From contig CAYGRZ010000004.1 of assembly GCA_964352425.1 (NCBI GenBank), positions 2,647 to 66,646 of the forward strand: a stretch of 64,000 nucleotides of DNA. The letters are read 5' to 3'. Both the position numbers and the translations under genes were made by a program. Below, piece by piece: positions 1-8,699 of this stretch. Source of the DNA: an uncultured Planctomycetia bacterium. GTDB lineage: Bacteria; Omnitrophota; Gorgyraeia; 2-01-FULL-45-10. Every line of letters begins with the position of its first letter. Position 1 is the stretch's first letter. The notes under the pieces were generated by a model. That model was not told where the DNA came from and made no database searches. It saw only the letters and a list, made by a program, of their open reading frames with translations.

Positions 1-424
1 CGGTGAAGAATTCGCCTCCCCAAACGCATCCGTCCCAGCCGGCCCCCGTCCCGTCGAACGCCACGCCGATCACGTCGGTCTTTATGCCGTTGTCGACGAT
101 CGCGCTCGCGACGTGCGCCTCATGATGCTGGACATCGCAGAGCTCTATGATGAAGCGCTCGAGCCCGTACATCTCGGCAAAGCGCGTTGAGTGGTACGAG
201 GGGTGATGGTCGCACGCAATCAGCTTCGGCCGGATGCCGGTCAGCCGTCCGCTCCGCCGAACGGCATCCTCGTATCTGGCAAGGTTGGCGAGGTCACTCA
301 GGTCGCCGAAGCCTTCGAACAGGAATGCCTTATCGGCCTTCGCGATCGCGAAAGCCCCCTTCAGGTCAGCGCCGGTGGCCAGGATCGGTTTTTTCAGCCT
401 GAACGGCAGATGGATGGTCTTCAC
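1..424 (-). CDS. hypF: Partial CDS (GTG start at 424, runs off the window at 1) encoding only the C-terminal Kae1-like carbamoyltransferase domain of a HypF-type [NiFe]-hydrogenase maturation protein. The N-terminal acylphosphatase, Zn-finger and YrdC parts are absent upstream.
   Basis: My translation of the reverse complement gives VKTIHLPFRLKKPILATGADLKGAFAIAKADKAFLFEGFGDLSDL...LIACDHHPSYHST...VQHHEAHVASA...FDGTGAGWDGCVWGGEFF with no stop down to coordinate 1. The HHxAH and LDG-G-G-WGGE motifs are typical of the HypF Kae1-like domain. There is an in-frame stop 3 codons upstream of the GTG, and a TATAAT box sits just upstream. Confidence 0.55.
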   Translation of the reverse strand, partial: MKTIHLPFRLKKPILATGADLKGAFAIAKADKAFLFEGFGDLSDLANLARYEDAVRRSGRLTGIRPKLIACDHHPSYHSTRFAEMYGLERFIIELCDVQHHEAHVASAIVDNGIKTDVIGVAFDGTGAGWDGCVWGGEFFT

Positions 425-505
425 AGGGTAATATTATATCAAATGGGCGCGCTTTGGGGGAGATTTTTCGGCAGCTACAAGAGCGGCGGTGACTTTTGGG
501 CACTC

Positions 506-539
506 GCCTCCGCCTGCCTGCCGGCAGGAAGGCGGAGGC
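506..539 (-). terminator. GC-rich near-perfect hairpin (gcctccgcctgcctgcc / ggcaggaaggcggaggc) downstream of the MetE-like gene. It is a possible terminator or attenuator but has a weak U-tract.
   Basis: A 17-bp inverted repeat with one mismatch lies between the stop of the 588..1607 CDS and the start of the hypF fragment. Confidence 0.4.
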
Positions 540-587
540 ACCTTCCGAAAGTAAACGCCCTCAGGTGAAGCAGAAAAATTTTCCTAT

Positions 588-1607
588 CTATTTCTGGAGA
601 TTTGCGGAGACGATGCGGGCGGTCTCGAGGACCTTCGTCGCGCGGTCTTCGTCGAGCGTGCCGACGCCGCAGCTCGGCGTGACGATCGACGATATGCCGT
701 CTCCGGGGATACCCTTATCGGTGAGGACGTTAAGCTCTGCCTTAAGCTTCTCGGCGAGCGCCTTGCCGGATTCCCTGTCGATAGCGTCCGAGCTCGGGAC
801 GATACCCCAGGCTATCGTAGAGCCCCTGGCCAGGAACGCCCTGATATCGGCGCTGTAGAGGAGGAACTCCTTTGAGAAGCCGTAGGCGTCGAAGTTCACT
901 ATGTCGAGGTTTCGCTTCAGGAGAAGCGACCAGTCGGTGTTGCCGCAGCAATGCAGGCCGGCCAGCGCCCCCTCTTCCTTGATCGCCGCTATGAGCTCGT
1001 CGAGCTTCGCGACCGCCTCCTGGAGATTGATATTCACGTAACTCGAGCCTATCGAGACCAGATATGGCTCATCGATGAATATGATTACCGCGCCAAACGC
1101 CTTCTTCAGCTTCCTGATCTGCCAGCGCGCGCGCATGCAGAGCATTTTGGTGAGGATCTCGAACAGGTCTTTATCGTATATGATCGAGCGCTTGTTCTCG
1201 TCGGTAACGGTCAGCGCGTAGCTTATCGGGCCCGTCACGTGACCCTTGACGTACTTGATGTCCCTGGGGGCGGTCTTGAGCTGCTCGAGGAACTCATAGA
1301 AACCTTCGGCAAAGCGCTCCGATATCCTGAAGAACTCGACGTTGCCGTCGAGGTAGTTCTTATAGACCTCCTCCGCGGTCTCGGCGACGCCTGCGGTCTC
1401 GAGATGTATGGTCTTATTACCCTCGTCGATGACGATCCCGGGAAGGTGCTCGGAGAACTGCGCGTACATGTTCTCGAGGAACGACCTGCGGGGAAGCTGG
1501 GGCCAGAACGGGATGGTCCTGAAATTATCGAAGACGACGCGGCATGCGGATTTCGCGTCCTTGAACGGGACGCTCCCGATGCCGGTGGCGTCGAAATTGA
1601 ACTTCAT
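588..1607 (-). CDS. Cobalamin-independent methionine synthase-like protein (MetE C-terminal domain / UroD-MetE fold, about 339 aa).
   Basis: A 339-aa ORF. IIFIDEPYL resembles MetE IQIDEPA, GLHCCGNTDW resembles the His-Cys Zn-ligand region, and VTPSCGVGT resembles the MetE C-terminal Cys ligand. The single-domain size matches short MetE-like proteins. Confidence 0.6.
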   Translation of the reverse strand: MKFNFDATGIGSVPFKDAKSACRVVFDNFRTIPFWPQLPRRSFLENMYAQFSEHLPGIVIDEGNKTIHLETAGVAETAEEVYKNYLDGNVEFFRISERFAEGFYEFLEQLKTAPRDIKYVKGHVTGPISYALTVTDENKRSIIYDKDLFEILTKMLCMRARWQIRKLKKAFGAVIIFIDEPYLVSIGSSYVNINLQEAVAKLDELIAAIKEEGALAGLHCCGNTDWSLLLKRNLDIVNFDAYGFSKEFLLYSADIRAFLARGSTIAWGIVPSSDAIDRESGKALAEKLKAELNVLTDKGIPGDGISSIVTPSCGVGTLDEDRATKVLETARIVSANLQK

Positions 1608-1632
1608 ACAATTCCCATGATTGATTGCAGAT

Positions 1633-1692
1633 GATTACACAGATTAAAATAGATTACACAGATTTCATTGGATAGCTTTAATCTGTGTAATC
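1633..1692. repeat. Three copies of the 13-nt motif GATTACACAGATT. Two are direct (1633-1645 and 1652-1664) and one is inverted (1680-1692). This is a candidate operator upstream of the MetE-like gene and a terminator-like hairpin for the htpX-like gene.
   Basis: Direct reading of the 96-nt intergenic region 1608..1703. The inverted copy can pair with either direct copy, giving a 12-13-bp stem. Confidence 0.6.
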
Positions 1693-1703
1693 ATTTCTAA
1701 ATT

Positions 1704-2666
1704 TTAACTTTTATTCCACTCGCTCAGGCGCTTTATCCTCTTGAGCATGTTCGGGTGGGTGCTCAAGAGCTCCAGGAGCCTGTCGCCGGTGCCGAGCTTC
1801 ACCGCGCGGCCCTGCAGCGCGGCGAGCTCGCCCTCCGAGATGGTGCCGCTCTTGTCGAGGTCGAGGTCGCGCAGGGATTTAAGTTCTTTCATCGCCCTCG
1901 AAGGGTCGTTGGCGAAGAACGCCTTCATCCCCTCGACATCCTTGATCGCGTCTTTCGGCATCCGCGCCGAGCCGTAGACGAGCTTATAGAGCGCCGAGGC
2001 CAGCCACGCCGGCTGGTTGCCGAGGTCCATCGAGCCCTTGTCGGCGAAATATTCCCTCACGCGAGAGCCATAGAGGACGAGCAGGTTCGTGATAAAGTAA
2101 AAAACGAGCGCGACCAGCCCGACGAGGGCGGTATTGCCCGAGTTCCTGTCGCGCCTGTTCCCGTAGAAGAGGAACTGCCAGGCAATCCTGTAGAGTATGA
2201 CCGGTATGACGGAAAGGAGAGTTATTGTGAGGACGTCCCTGTTCTTGATGTGGCTCATCTCGTGGCCGAGTACGGCCCTCAGCTCCTGCTGGTTCAGCAG
2301 GTTCATGACGCCCTCGGTTACGCATATCCTGCCGTCCTTTATCGAGCGGCCGAACGCGAACGCGTTCGGGATCGAGACCTGCGCGATGCCTATGCGCGGC
2401 ATCGGAATATTGGCTGCCGTGGCGAGGTTGCGCACCATCGCCTGCAGCTCCGGGTGTTCGCCCGGCTTCAGGTACCGCACGCGCATCGACCACTCGACGA
2501 TCGTCGGGCCGAGCATATACTGGACAAGCATCATCACCAGCGACACGACCAGGTAGAAATTGAAGTTCCTGACGCCGAGGGAGTAGCTTATCATCGATAC
2601 AACGGCGTAGATTATCGCAAAGAGCAGAGCCGTCAGGAGCCACATACGGAGTCGTAATCCTATCAT
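1704..2666 (-). CDS. htpX: HtpX-like M48 zinc metalloprotease (membrane) with an EF-hand-like Ca-binding loop in its C-terminal tail.
   Basis: There are N-terminal TM helices, a HEMSH zinc motif (HExxH) and additional TM helices as in HtpX. The C-terminal DLDLDKSGTISEGEL matches the EF-hand loop pattern DxDxDGxIxxxE. Confidence 0.7.
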   Translation of the reverse strand: MIGLRLRMWLLTALLFAIIYAVVSMISYSLGVRNFNFYLVVSLVMMLVQYMLGPTIVEWSMRVRYLKPGEHPELQAMVRNLATAANIPMPRIGIAQVSIPNAFAFGRSIKDGRICVTEGVMNLLNQQELRAVLGHEMSHIKNRDVLTITLLSVIPVILYRIAWQFLFYGNRRDRNSGNTALVGLVALVFYFITNLLVLYGSRVREYFADKGSMDLGNQPAWLASALYKLVYGSARMPKDAIKDVEGMKAFFANDPSRAMKELKSLRDLDLDKSGTISEGELAALQGRAVKLGTGDRLLELLSTHPNMLKRIKRLSEWNKS

Positions 2667-2681
2667 CGCATCACCTCTATG

Positions 2682-3911
2682 TTATGCCTGTATGAACACT
2701 TCCCGTGCCGCCAGGGACGCCGCGCCGAGCACGATCGCGTTCTCCCCCAGCAGGCTCGGGGTCATCTTCACGACGCTCATCGTCTCTTCGAACCCGTACT
2801 TCCTCACCGCTGCCCTGAGCGGGTCCATGAATATATCCCCCGCCTTCTCGACGCCGCCGCCGATGACGACCACATCCGGGTTGAAGAAGTTGACCAGGTA
2901 CGCCAGCTTTACGCCCAGCGTCCTGGCAGCACCGGCGACGAGCTCGATCGCCACCTTGTCGCCCTTCTTCGCCGCGGCGATGACCGTCTCCTTGGTTATC
3001 GCCTTTACATCGCCCTGGGCCAGCCCCAGGATCTCGGTCGATATGCCTTTTTCGATGGCCTTCCGCGTCTCGGAGACGATGCCGAGATCGACGCCCCACG
3101 GCCTCAGGTGCGTGAACTCTTTCGGGTAGTTCTTCTCATCGCGCTGGAGGCCCTCGAACAATATCTGTAATTCGCCCGCGCATCCGCTCGAGCCTATGTA
3201 GACGTCGCCGTGGACGACGAGCCCGCTCCCCACGTCCGAATACATGTAGAGCATGTTCTCGACATCCGCGCCCGGGTTCAAGGTCTTCTCGCCGAATGCG
3301 GCGCAGGAGGCGTCGTTACCGATATAGGCAGGCATATTGAACTTGTCCTCGAGCGTCTTGACGACCTTCAGGAAGCCGACCTTCGTCCTCCCGCGCACCG
3401 GATCGGTGTCGTGCATGGTGCCGGACGAGTAATCGACGATGCCGGAGAGGCCGATACCGATGCACTGTATCTGGCTGCGGTCGATCTTGCTCTTGGCTAT
3501 GACGTCGTCAATGATCGTGATCACGGACGGGACAAGCTCCTCCATATTCACGTGCGGCCTGACCATCCTGGCCAGGCTTATCGCCTTTATCTTCAGGTCG
3601 GCGATGATGGCGATGATATTGTCCGGCCCGATGTCGACGCCGACGATGTAAGCGCTCCTGGCGTTCAGCTCCAGCAGCTCCGCCCTCCTTCCTCCGGTCG
3701 ATACGTCGAGGCCGACTTCGAGGACCATCCTCTTATCGATATAATAGTCGAGGTAGTTGGTGATCGTGACGATATTATAGCCGAGGATCCTCGATATCTC
3801 CGCTTTCGAGATCGGGCTCTTCTTCCTGATCAACTCAAGGATGGCAAGGTTCTTTCGCTCCCTGTCATGCAGGATATGGTACGTGAACATGCCGTCCGAT
3901 TTTAAAGCCAT
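2682..3911 (-). CDS. ROK-family transcriptional regulator (N-terminal HTH plus ROK sugar-kinase-like domain; NagC/Mlc-like).
   Basis: N-terminal winged-helix segment (ILELIRKKSPISKAEISRILGYNIVTITNYLD), a glycine-rich ROK signature (GIGLSGIVD) and an actin-like ATPase fold pattern. Confidence 0.75.
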   Translation of the reverse strand: MALKSDGMFTYHILHDRERKNLAILELIRKKSPISKAEISRILGYNIVTITNYLDYYIDKRMVLEVGLDVSTGGRRAELLELNARSAYIVGVDIGPDNIIAIIADLKIKAISLARMVRPHVNMEELVPSVITIIDDVIAKSKIDRSQIQCIGIGLSGIVDYSSGTMHDTDPVRGRTKVGFLKVVKTLEDKFNMPAYIGNDASCAAFGEKTLNPGADVENMLYMYSDVGSGLVVHGDVYIGSSGCAGELQILFEGLQRDEKNYPKEFTHLRPWGVDLGIVSETRKAIEKGISTEILGLAQGDVKAITKETVIAAAKKGDKVAIELVAGAARTLGVKLAYLVNFFNPDVVVIGGGVEKAGDIFMDPLRAAVRKYGFEETMSVVKMTPSLLGENAIVLGAASLAAREVFIQA

Positions 3912-4711
3912 CGCATCTTCCTCGCTTTGGAAAGGTATATATCTTTCAGGAATATTGTGGCGCCGGCGCTGTTGCCGACGGTAAGGTTGCCGAACTCGAA
4001 TTTTACCGCGATGATGCTCGACAGGTCGACCGCCTTCCTGACCGGTATGAAATTTATCTTGTAGAGCTGCCAGTCCCTCGACAGCGTCGTCGAGGCGTCA
4101 TGCTCCATCCTGTACGAGCGCTTGTCGATATCGACGATCACAAGCCCAAGCAGCTCGCCGCCGGAATTGCCCCGCGCGACGAACTTCAGGTCGAGCTTGC
4201 CCAGGTCAACCGGCTCTTTCAGCTCTATCGCGTAATTCGCCCAGCCGCTGCCTTTGGCGTTCGAGAGCACGATATGCTCGTCGGTCGTGCTGCTGCCGGT
4301 CAGGGCGTCGCCCATGAACGACGTGCTCTTCACAATATCGCCGTTGGTGGACGTGCCCTTCAGCAGGAAGACGCCCTTATCCTTCAGGTTCTCGAAGTTT
4401 ATCCTGCCGCCCTCGACCGTCACCGACGGTATCTCACCCAGTATCCTGACCCTGACATCGACCTGGCTCTTCGTGAACATCGCTGTGACGGCGACCGCGA
4501 TCGAGAACGCGGCGATGAGCCACGGAAGCATCTTCAGGGTGAACATGCCCCTCAAGATCTCTTTTTTGGTCTTCTTCCGCGGAGCCGTCTTAAGGTAGGT
4601 GTTCGCTATCTCGTCGCGCAGCGACGCCTGCAGGTTCCTCTCTCGAAGAGGTTTTTCCGGGGCCTTCGCGTCGCACCCCGCGTCTTTTTTCTCAGCCATA
4701 GTGACCGCCAT
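3902..4711 (-). CDS. Membrane-anchored hypothetical protein carrying a CBM-like beta-sandwich domain (paralog 1 of 5 in this window).
   Basis: Single TM anchor (LPWLIAAFSIAVAVTAMF). Its C-terminal block GATIFLKDIYLSK is paralogous to GVIYVDNIRF (19177..19800), GTLYFDDIGF (6633..8699), KGVVYVDEMIF (16814..19105) and GIIYFDLNFY (8696..14938). Confidence 0.5.
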   Translation of the reverse strand: MAVTMAEKKDAGCDAKAPEKPLRERNLQASLRDEIANTYLKTAPRKKTKKEILRGMFTLKMLPWLIAAFSIAVAVTAMFTKSQVDVRVRILGEIPSVTVEGGRINFENLKDKGVFLLKGTSTNGDIVKSTSFMGDALTGSSTTDEHIVLSNAKGSGWANYAIELKEPVDLGKLDLKFVARGNSGGELLGLVIVDIDKRSYRMEHDASTTLSRDWQLYKINFIPVRKAVDLSSIIAVKFEFGNLTVGNSAGATIFLKDIYLSKARKMRWL

Positions 4712-4716
4712 CTCTT

Positions 4717-5598
4717 TTAGCCCTTCATGCCGGTGAGCTTGATGCCTTCGACAAAGAACCTCTGGTTAAACAGGAATATGATGATGACCGGGACCATGGT
4801 GACGAGCGACCCCGCCATGAGGAGCCCCCAGTCGGGCTGCGCGTACTGGTACAGCTCCTGGAAGTACGCCAGGCCGACCGGCAGCGTCCTCTTCTCTATC
4901 GAATTCGTCACGAGGAGCGGCCACATGAAGCTGACCCAGTTGCCGAGCGATACAAAGATCGTCAGTGTCGCGAGCGCCGTCTTCGAAAGCGGCAGTATCA
5001 CCTTCGTAAAGATGCCGAACAGCGTGCACCCGTCTATCGTGGCGGCGTCCTCGAGGTCGCGCGGTATCGTCATGAAGAACTGCCGTAAGAGGAACGTCCC
5101 GTAGGCGGAGAATATCGCCGGTATGATCAGCGCCTTGTACGTATCGATCCAGCCGAACGTCCTCATCAGCGCGAATACGGGTATCATCGTCACAGAGCCG
5201 GGTATCATCATCGTCGCGAGATACGCGAAGAATATCTTGTCCCTGCCGGGGAACTTAAGCCGCGCGAACGCGTACGCCGCGAGCGCGCTCGTCGCGACCT
5301 GGCCGAACGTGACGCACGTAACGACGAAGAGGCTGTTCAGGTAGAACCGCGCGAACGGCACGACCTTCCAGACATCTATGTAGTTCTTCCAGTACATGCT
5401 CTTCGGTATCCACTGGATGTCGGCGAGGTTGAATATGAATACGGACGAATAAGACTTCAGCGACGTCGAGAGCATCCACAGGAACGGGATCACCATCGTG
5501 GCGCCGCCGACGATCAGGAAGAGGTAGACCGCCGCCTTCTTCAGGAATCCGGCGAGCGTCTTATCCATCCCTACCTGTATCAGGTCATCCTGCTGCAT
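4717..5598 (-). CDS. Carbohydrate ABC transporter permease (MalG-like).
   Basis: Six TM helices and the EAA-loop motif DLEDAATIDGCTLFGIFTKVILPL. Confidence 0.8.
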   Translation of the reverse strand: MQQDDLIQVGMDKTLAGFLKKAAVYLFLIVGGATMVIPFLWMLSTSLKSYSSVFIFNLADIQWIPKSMYWKNYIDVWKVVPFARFYLNSLFVVTCVTFGQVATSALAAYAFARLKFPGRDKIFFAYLATMMIPGSVTMIPVFALMRTFGWIDTYKALIIPAIFSAYGTFLLRQFFMTIPRDLEDAATIDGCTLFGIFTKVILPLSKTALATLTIFVSLGNWVSFMWPLLVTNSIEKRTLPVGLAYFQELYQYAQPDWGLLMAGSLVTMVPVIIIFLFNQRFFVEGIKLTGMKG

Positions 5599-5611
5599 CC
5601 GCCCCGCCCCC

Positions 5612-6556
5612 TTAATAATGCGAATACTGGACTAACTTTCCGCCGAACCGCCAGTTGAACAGCGTGATGATAAAGACGACAATGAAGACGAACCACGCGA
5701 TCGAGGCCGCATAGCCGACGTGCTGCCAGCTGTACAGGTGGTTGTAGATCAGGTACTCGAGCGTCGTCGTCGAGCGGTCCGGGCCGCCGCCCGTCATGAT
5801 ATACGCCTGCATGAACCCTCCCTGGAAGCCGCCGATCACCGCCATGACGAATACGAAGAACGTGGTCGGGCTTATCATCGGCCAGGTGATGTTCCAGAAC
5901 TTGTGCCACGCGCCTGCCCCGTCCATCTCCGCGGCCTCGTAGAGCTCCCGCGGCACGCCCTGCAGCGCCGCCATAAACAGGATCATGTTATAGCCGCCGA
6001 CCATGATCCACAATCCCATCAGCATCAGCGACGGCTTGGCCCACGCCGTCGAGGTCAGCCACGGCACCTGCGCGAGCGGCAGCGAGAGAAATGTACCGAT
6101 CCTGACGATGATATTGTTCATCAGGCCGAAATCGTAGTTGTATATCCACGCCCAGAGGAGGCATATCGCGACACCGTTCGTGATCGTCGGCAGGAAAAAG
6201 ACGGCCCTGAAGAAGTTGATGAGTCTCACCTTCTGGTTCATCACCAGCGCAAGCGCAAGCGACGCCATGATCTCGACCGGTATGATGAGCATCAGGAAGA
6301 GCGTATTGGAGACGCATTTCCAGAATAGCGGATCGTTGGATACGACACACCCTGCCTCCCTGTGGAAGCCCAGCAGGCTGACGAAATTATGGAAGCCGAC
6401 GAACTTCGGCGCGGAGAGCATGTCCCAGCTCACGAAGCTTAAGACAAGCGAAAGCGCGACCGGCACCAGCGTGAAGACGAGGAACCCCAGAAAATTCGGC
6501 ATCACGAAGAGATACCCGGCAACAGCCTCCCTGTCGGCGCTCCTTATCCGTGCCAA
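5612..6556 (-). CDS. Carbohydrate ABC transporter permease (MalF-like).
   Basis: EAA-loop YEAAEMDGAGAWHKFWNITWPMISP and a polytopic profile. It lies 13 nt upstream of the MalG-like gene. Confidence 0.8.
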   Translation of the reverse strand: MARIRSADREAVAGYLFVMPNFLGFLVFTLVPVALSLVLSFVSWDMLSAPKFVGFHNFVSLLGFHREAGCVVSNDPLFWKCVSNTLFLMLIIPVEIMASLALALVMNQKVRLINFFRAVFFLPTITNGVAICLLWAWIYNYDFGLMNNIIVRIGTFLSLPLAQVPWLTSTAWAKPSLMLMGLWIMVGGYNMILFMAALQGVPRELYEAAEMDGAGAWHKFWNITWPMISPTTFFVFVMAVIGGFQGGFMQAYIMTGGGPDRSTTTLEYLIYNHLYSWQHVGYAASIAWFVFIVVFIITLFNWRFGGKLVQYSHY

Positions 6557-6632
6557 AACTGTCTCCTTTTAGAATGTCTGTAATATCAGGGCAAAAAACA
6601 ATTACGGCCGCTTCATTGTGAATATACCACAA

Positions 6633-8699
6633 TCAGTCGAAAAAGTCCTCTACTTTTAACAATTCTTCTGCCGTTTTTGCTATCGGGTCGTTGTGGAAGC
6701 GCTTCCGTATCGCGCCGTTATTGAGGTAGTTATTGAGCGCTACGAAGCTCATCGCCTGGTCGAGACAGAGGTACTTGACCGCCACCTTGCCGGTCTCGGG
6801 GTCGATCGCGTCGTAAAAACCGTATTCGCCGTAGGCATTGTACTTCTCGAGCATTGTCCGCAGGTTCCGAATGGCCTCTTTCGGGATGAACTCAAGGGCC
6901 AGGAACGTCGCATGGGGCGTGATCACGCCGCTCTTATATCCCTTCATACCGAGCGCCTTCACGCCGTATTCCGAATATCCCTCTCCCGGCACGCACGACG
7001 GCGACATGCCGAAGACCTGATAGCCGAGCTTGTCGAGCGCGTACTGCGCCTGGATCTTCGCGTGCACAAAATCGTTGGCGCCCAGACCCTTTGGAGCCAG
7101 GCCTTTCTCATCGATTATCAGCGTGGGCATCAGCGCCTCGAACATGCTGCCGCCCCAGCTCGGCACGAACTTCATGCCCTCATATTCGTAGTAGCCGCCC
7201 ATCGTCGTGCAGCCCAGATACGTCTTCTCGCGCCGGTCTTTCGGGGCCTGGGTCTGCCAGTACCAGTCTTCGGGGAACGTCCTGGCCAGGGAGAACCAGT
7301 GCTGTGTGGGCACATCGCCCTTGCCGATCGCGATGTAGCTTACGGCCCGGGGCTCGGTGTAGAACGCGCCGTAGCGGTACTCGGCGTAATAATCGATGTT
7401 CGTGTAGAACCCGTGGTACATGTACTCTTCGACCGGGTCATAGAAGAACGAGAAGTTCATGCTGTCGATGATGGTCTGGCACGCGGGCGCAAGTTCATCC
7501 GGGAACGCGTTCTTGGCAACGATGAGGCCGGCAACGAGCCACCCCGAGTCGACGAACGAGATGAAGTTCGACGTCCTCTGGAAGATGGTGATGTCGTAGT
7601 AATTGTACGGGAAGTTGTTGAACTTTTCGAGCTTCTGTATCGAATCGAGCGTGAGCTTAAGCCGTCGCACCGCCTCTTCCTTTGTGATAAATCCGAAGTC
7701 GCAGCCGGAGACGATGCACATCATGTAGACGCCGACATTCGTGATATTCGTGTAATCGCCGACCTTCGTATCCGCCGATATGGCCGCCTTCTCGCTGAAC
7801 TGGATATTGTCGAGCGGCAGGCCGTACTGCCTATCGACGATCTGGTCGAAATACTTCCACGTGTCCCTGGCGATCTCGAGGAGGAATTCACGGTCGCTGT
7901 TCGAGAACGTCTTCTTGACAAATACCGTGGAGGGAAAACCGCGGAGCCGCGCTATGAGGAACCTCGCGAACTCCTCGGGCGGGAGATCTTTGGGCGTCTT
8001 CTGCACCCTGTGGGGTACCGGGTCGCTGATGCTCGGGCCGGGCGCGCCGGTGCTGACGAAGCCGATGTCGTCGAAATAGAGCGTTCCCGACTTGTGGTCG
8101 GCGCGCTTTTTTTCGAACGTGATCACGAACTCCTTGATGTCGTGCCAGTCGAGGATACCGTTCATCACATTGAGCGGGATCGAGACTTTCCGCCAGTCTT
8201 TCGTTACGCCCCGCACGATGTAGTCGGCCCTGATCGTCTCATCCCGGCCCTCGGCGTCCTTCTGCGATTTCTTGAACTCGATCTTGAAGACCGTCGTGAA
8301 GCCTTTCGCCTCGTCGCCCTTCACCCAGAACTCGAAGTGGTCGTACGGTGAGGCGTCCAGGTTGCGCAGCTGCGTCCAGAAGCCGTTGGCGGCGTTCTGC
8401 GGGGAATTGACATTGTATTCGAGCTTCAGCGACGAGCCGACCGTGCCGTGCCGCTCGGTGCCGTCGAGCGATGCGGCGATCCCCTGCGCCCTGTCCTCGG
8501 GGTCTTTCTCCCACGCTCCCGACTCGCCGCCGACGTTGTTGTTGAGCGCGTTCGCGTTGAAATCGGCGACCACGATCGACGCGAGTTTCGGCTCCCCGGA
8601 CGCGCCCTTCGCGGGGTTACCCCGCGACACGTACGCGCCCAGCATCAACACCGCCGCCAGGACCGCGGCAAAGAACGTGAAACGGAATTTTTTCATCAA
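6633..8699 (-). CDS. Secreted protein with an N-terminal CBM-like domain and a C-terminal six-hairpin (alpha/alpha)6 glycoside hydrolase-like domain (GH144/DUF3131-like, putative endo-beta-1,2-glucanase family). The likely ATG is at 8696.
   Basis: Signal peptide (MKKFRFTFFAAVLAAVLMLGAYVS). The CBM block is GTLYFDDIGFV. The C-terminal region is paralogous to 16814..19105 and 25089..26366 (PYNYYDITIFQRTSNFISFVDSGWLVAGLIVAKNAF). The family call comes from my reading of motifs and needs HMM confirmation. Confidence 0.5.
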   Translation of the reverse strand: MMKKFRFTFFAAVLAAVLMLGAYVSRGNPAKGASGEPKLASIVVADFNANALNNNVGGESGAWEKDPEDRAQGIAASLDGTERHGTVGSSLKLEYNVNSPQNAANGFWTQLRNLDASPYDHFEFWVKGDEAKGFTTVFKIEFKKSQKDAEGRDETIRADYIVRGVTKDWRKVSIPLNVMNGILDWHDIKEFVITFEKKRADHKSGTLYFDDIGFVSTGAPGPSISDPVPHRVQKTPKDLPPEEFARFLIARLRGFPSTVFVKKTFSNSDREFLLEIARDTWKYFDQIVDRQYGLPLDNIQFSEKAAISADTKVGDYTNITNVGVYMMCIVSGCDFGFITKEEAVRRLKLTLDSIQKLEKFNNFPYNYYDITIFQRTSNFISFVDSGWLVAGLIVAKNAFPDELAPACQTIIDSMNFSFFYDPVEEYMYHGFYTNIDYYAEYRYGAFYTEPRAVSYIAIGKGDVPTQHWFSLARTFPEDWYWQTQAPKDRREKTYLGCTTMGGYYEYEGMKFVPSWGGSMFEALMPTLIIDEKGLAPKGLGANDFVHAKIQAQYALDKLGYQVFGMSPSCVPGEGYSEYGVKALGMKGYKSGVITPHATFLALEFIPKEAIRNLRTMLEKYNAYGEYGFYDAIDPETGKVAVKYLCLDQAMSFVALNNYLNNGAIRKRFHNDPIAKTAEELLKVEDFFD

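Noticed and set aside
1755-2657. 300-aa plus-strand ORF and a 219-aa minus-strand ORF (1984..2643) overlapping the htpX-like gene.
   Set aside because: They are alternative frames of the htpX-like locus. Only the 1704..2666 frame carries the HExxH motif and TM helices; the others are Arg/Gly/Pro-rich.
6693-8351. 552-aa plus-strand ORF, the longest on the plus strand.
   Set aside because: It is entirely antisense to the GH144-like gene 6633..8699. Its Arg/Ala/Leu/Glu/Val-rich low-complexity composition is typical of GC-rich antisense frames, and it has no recognisable motif or start context.
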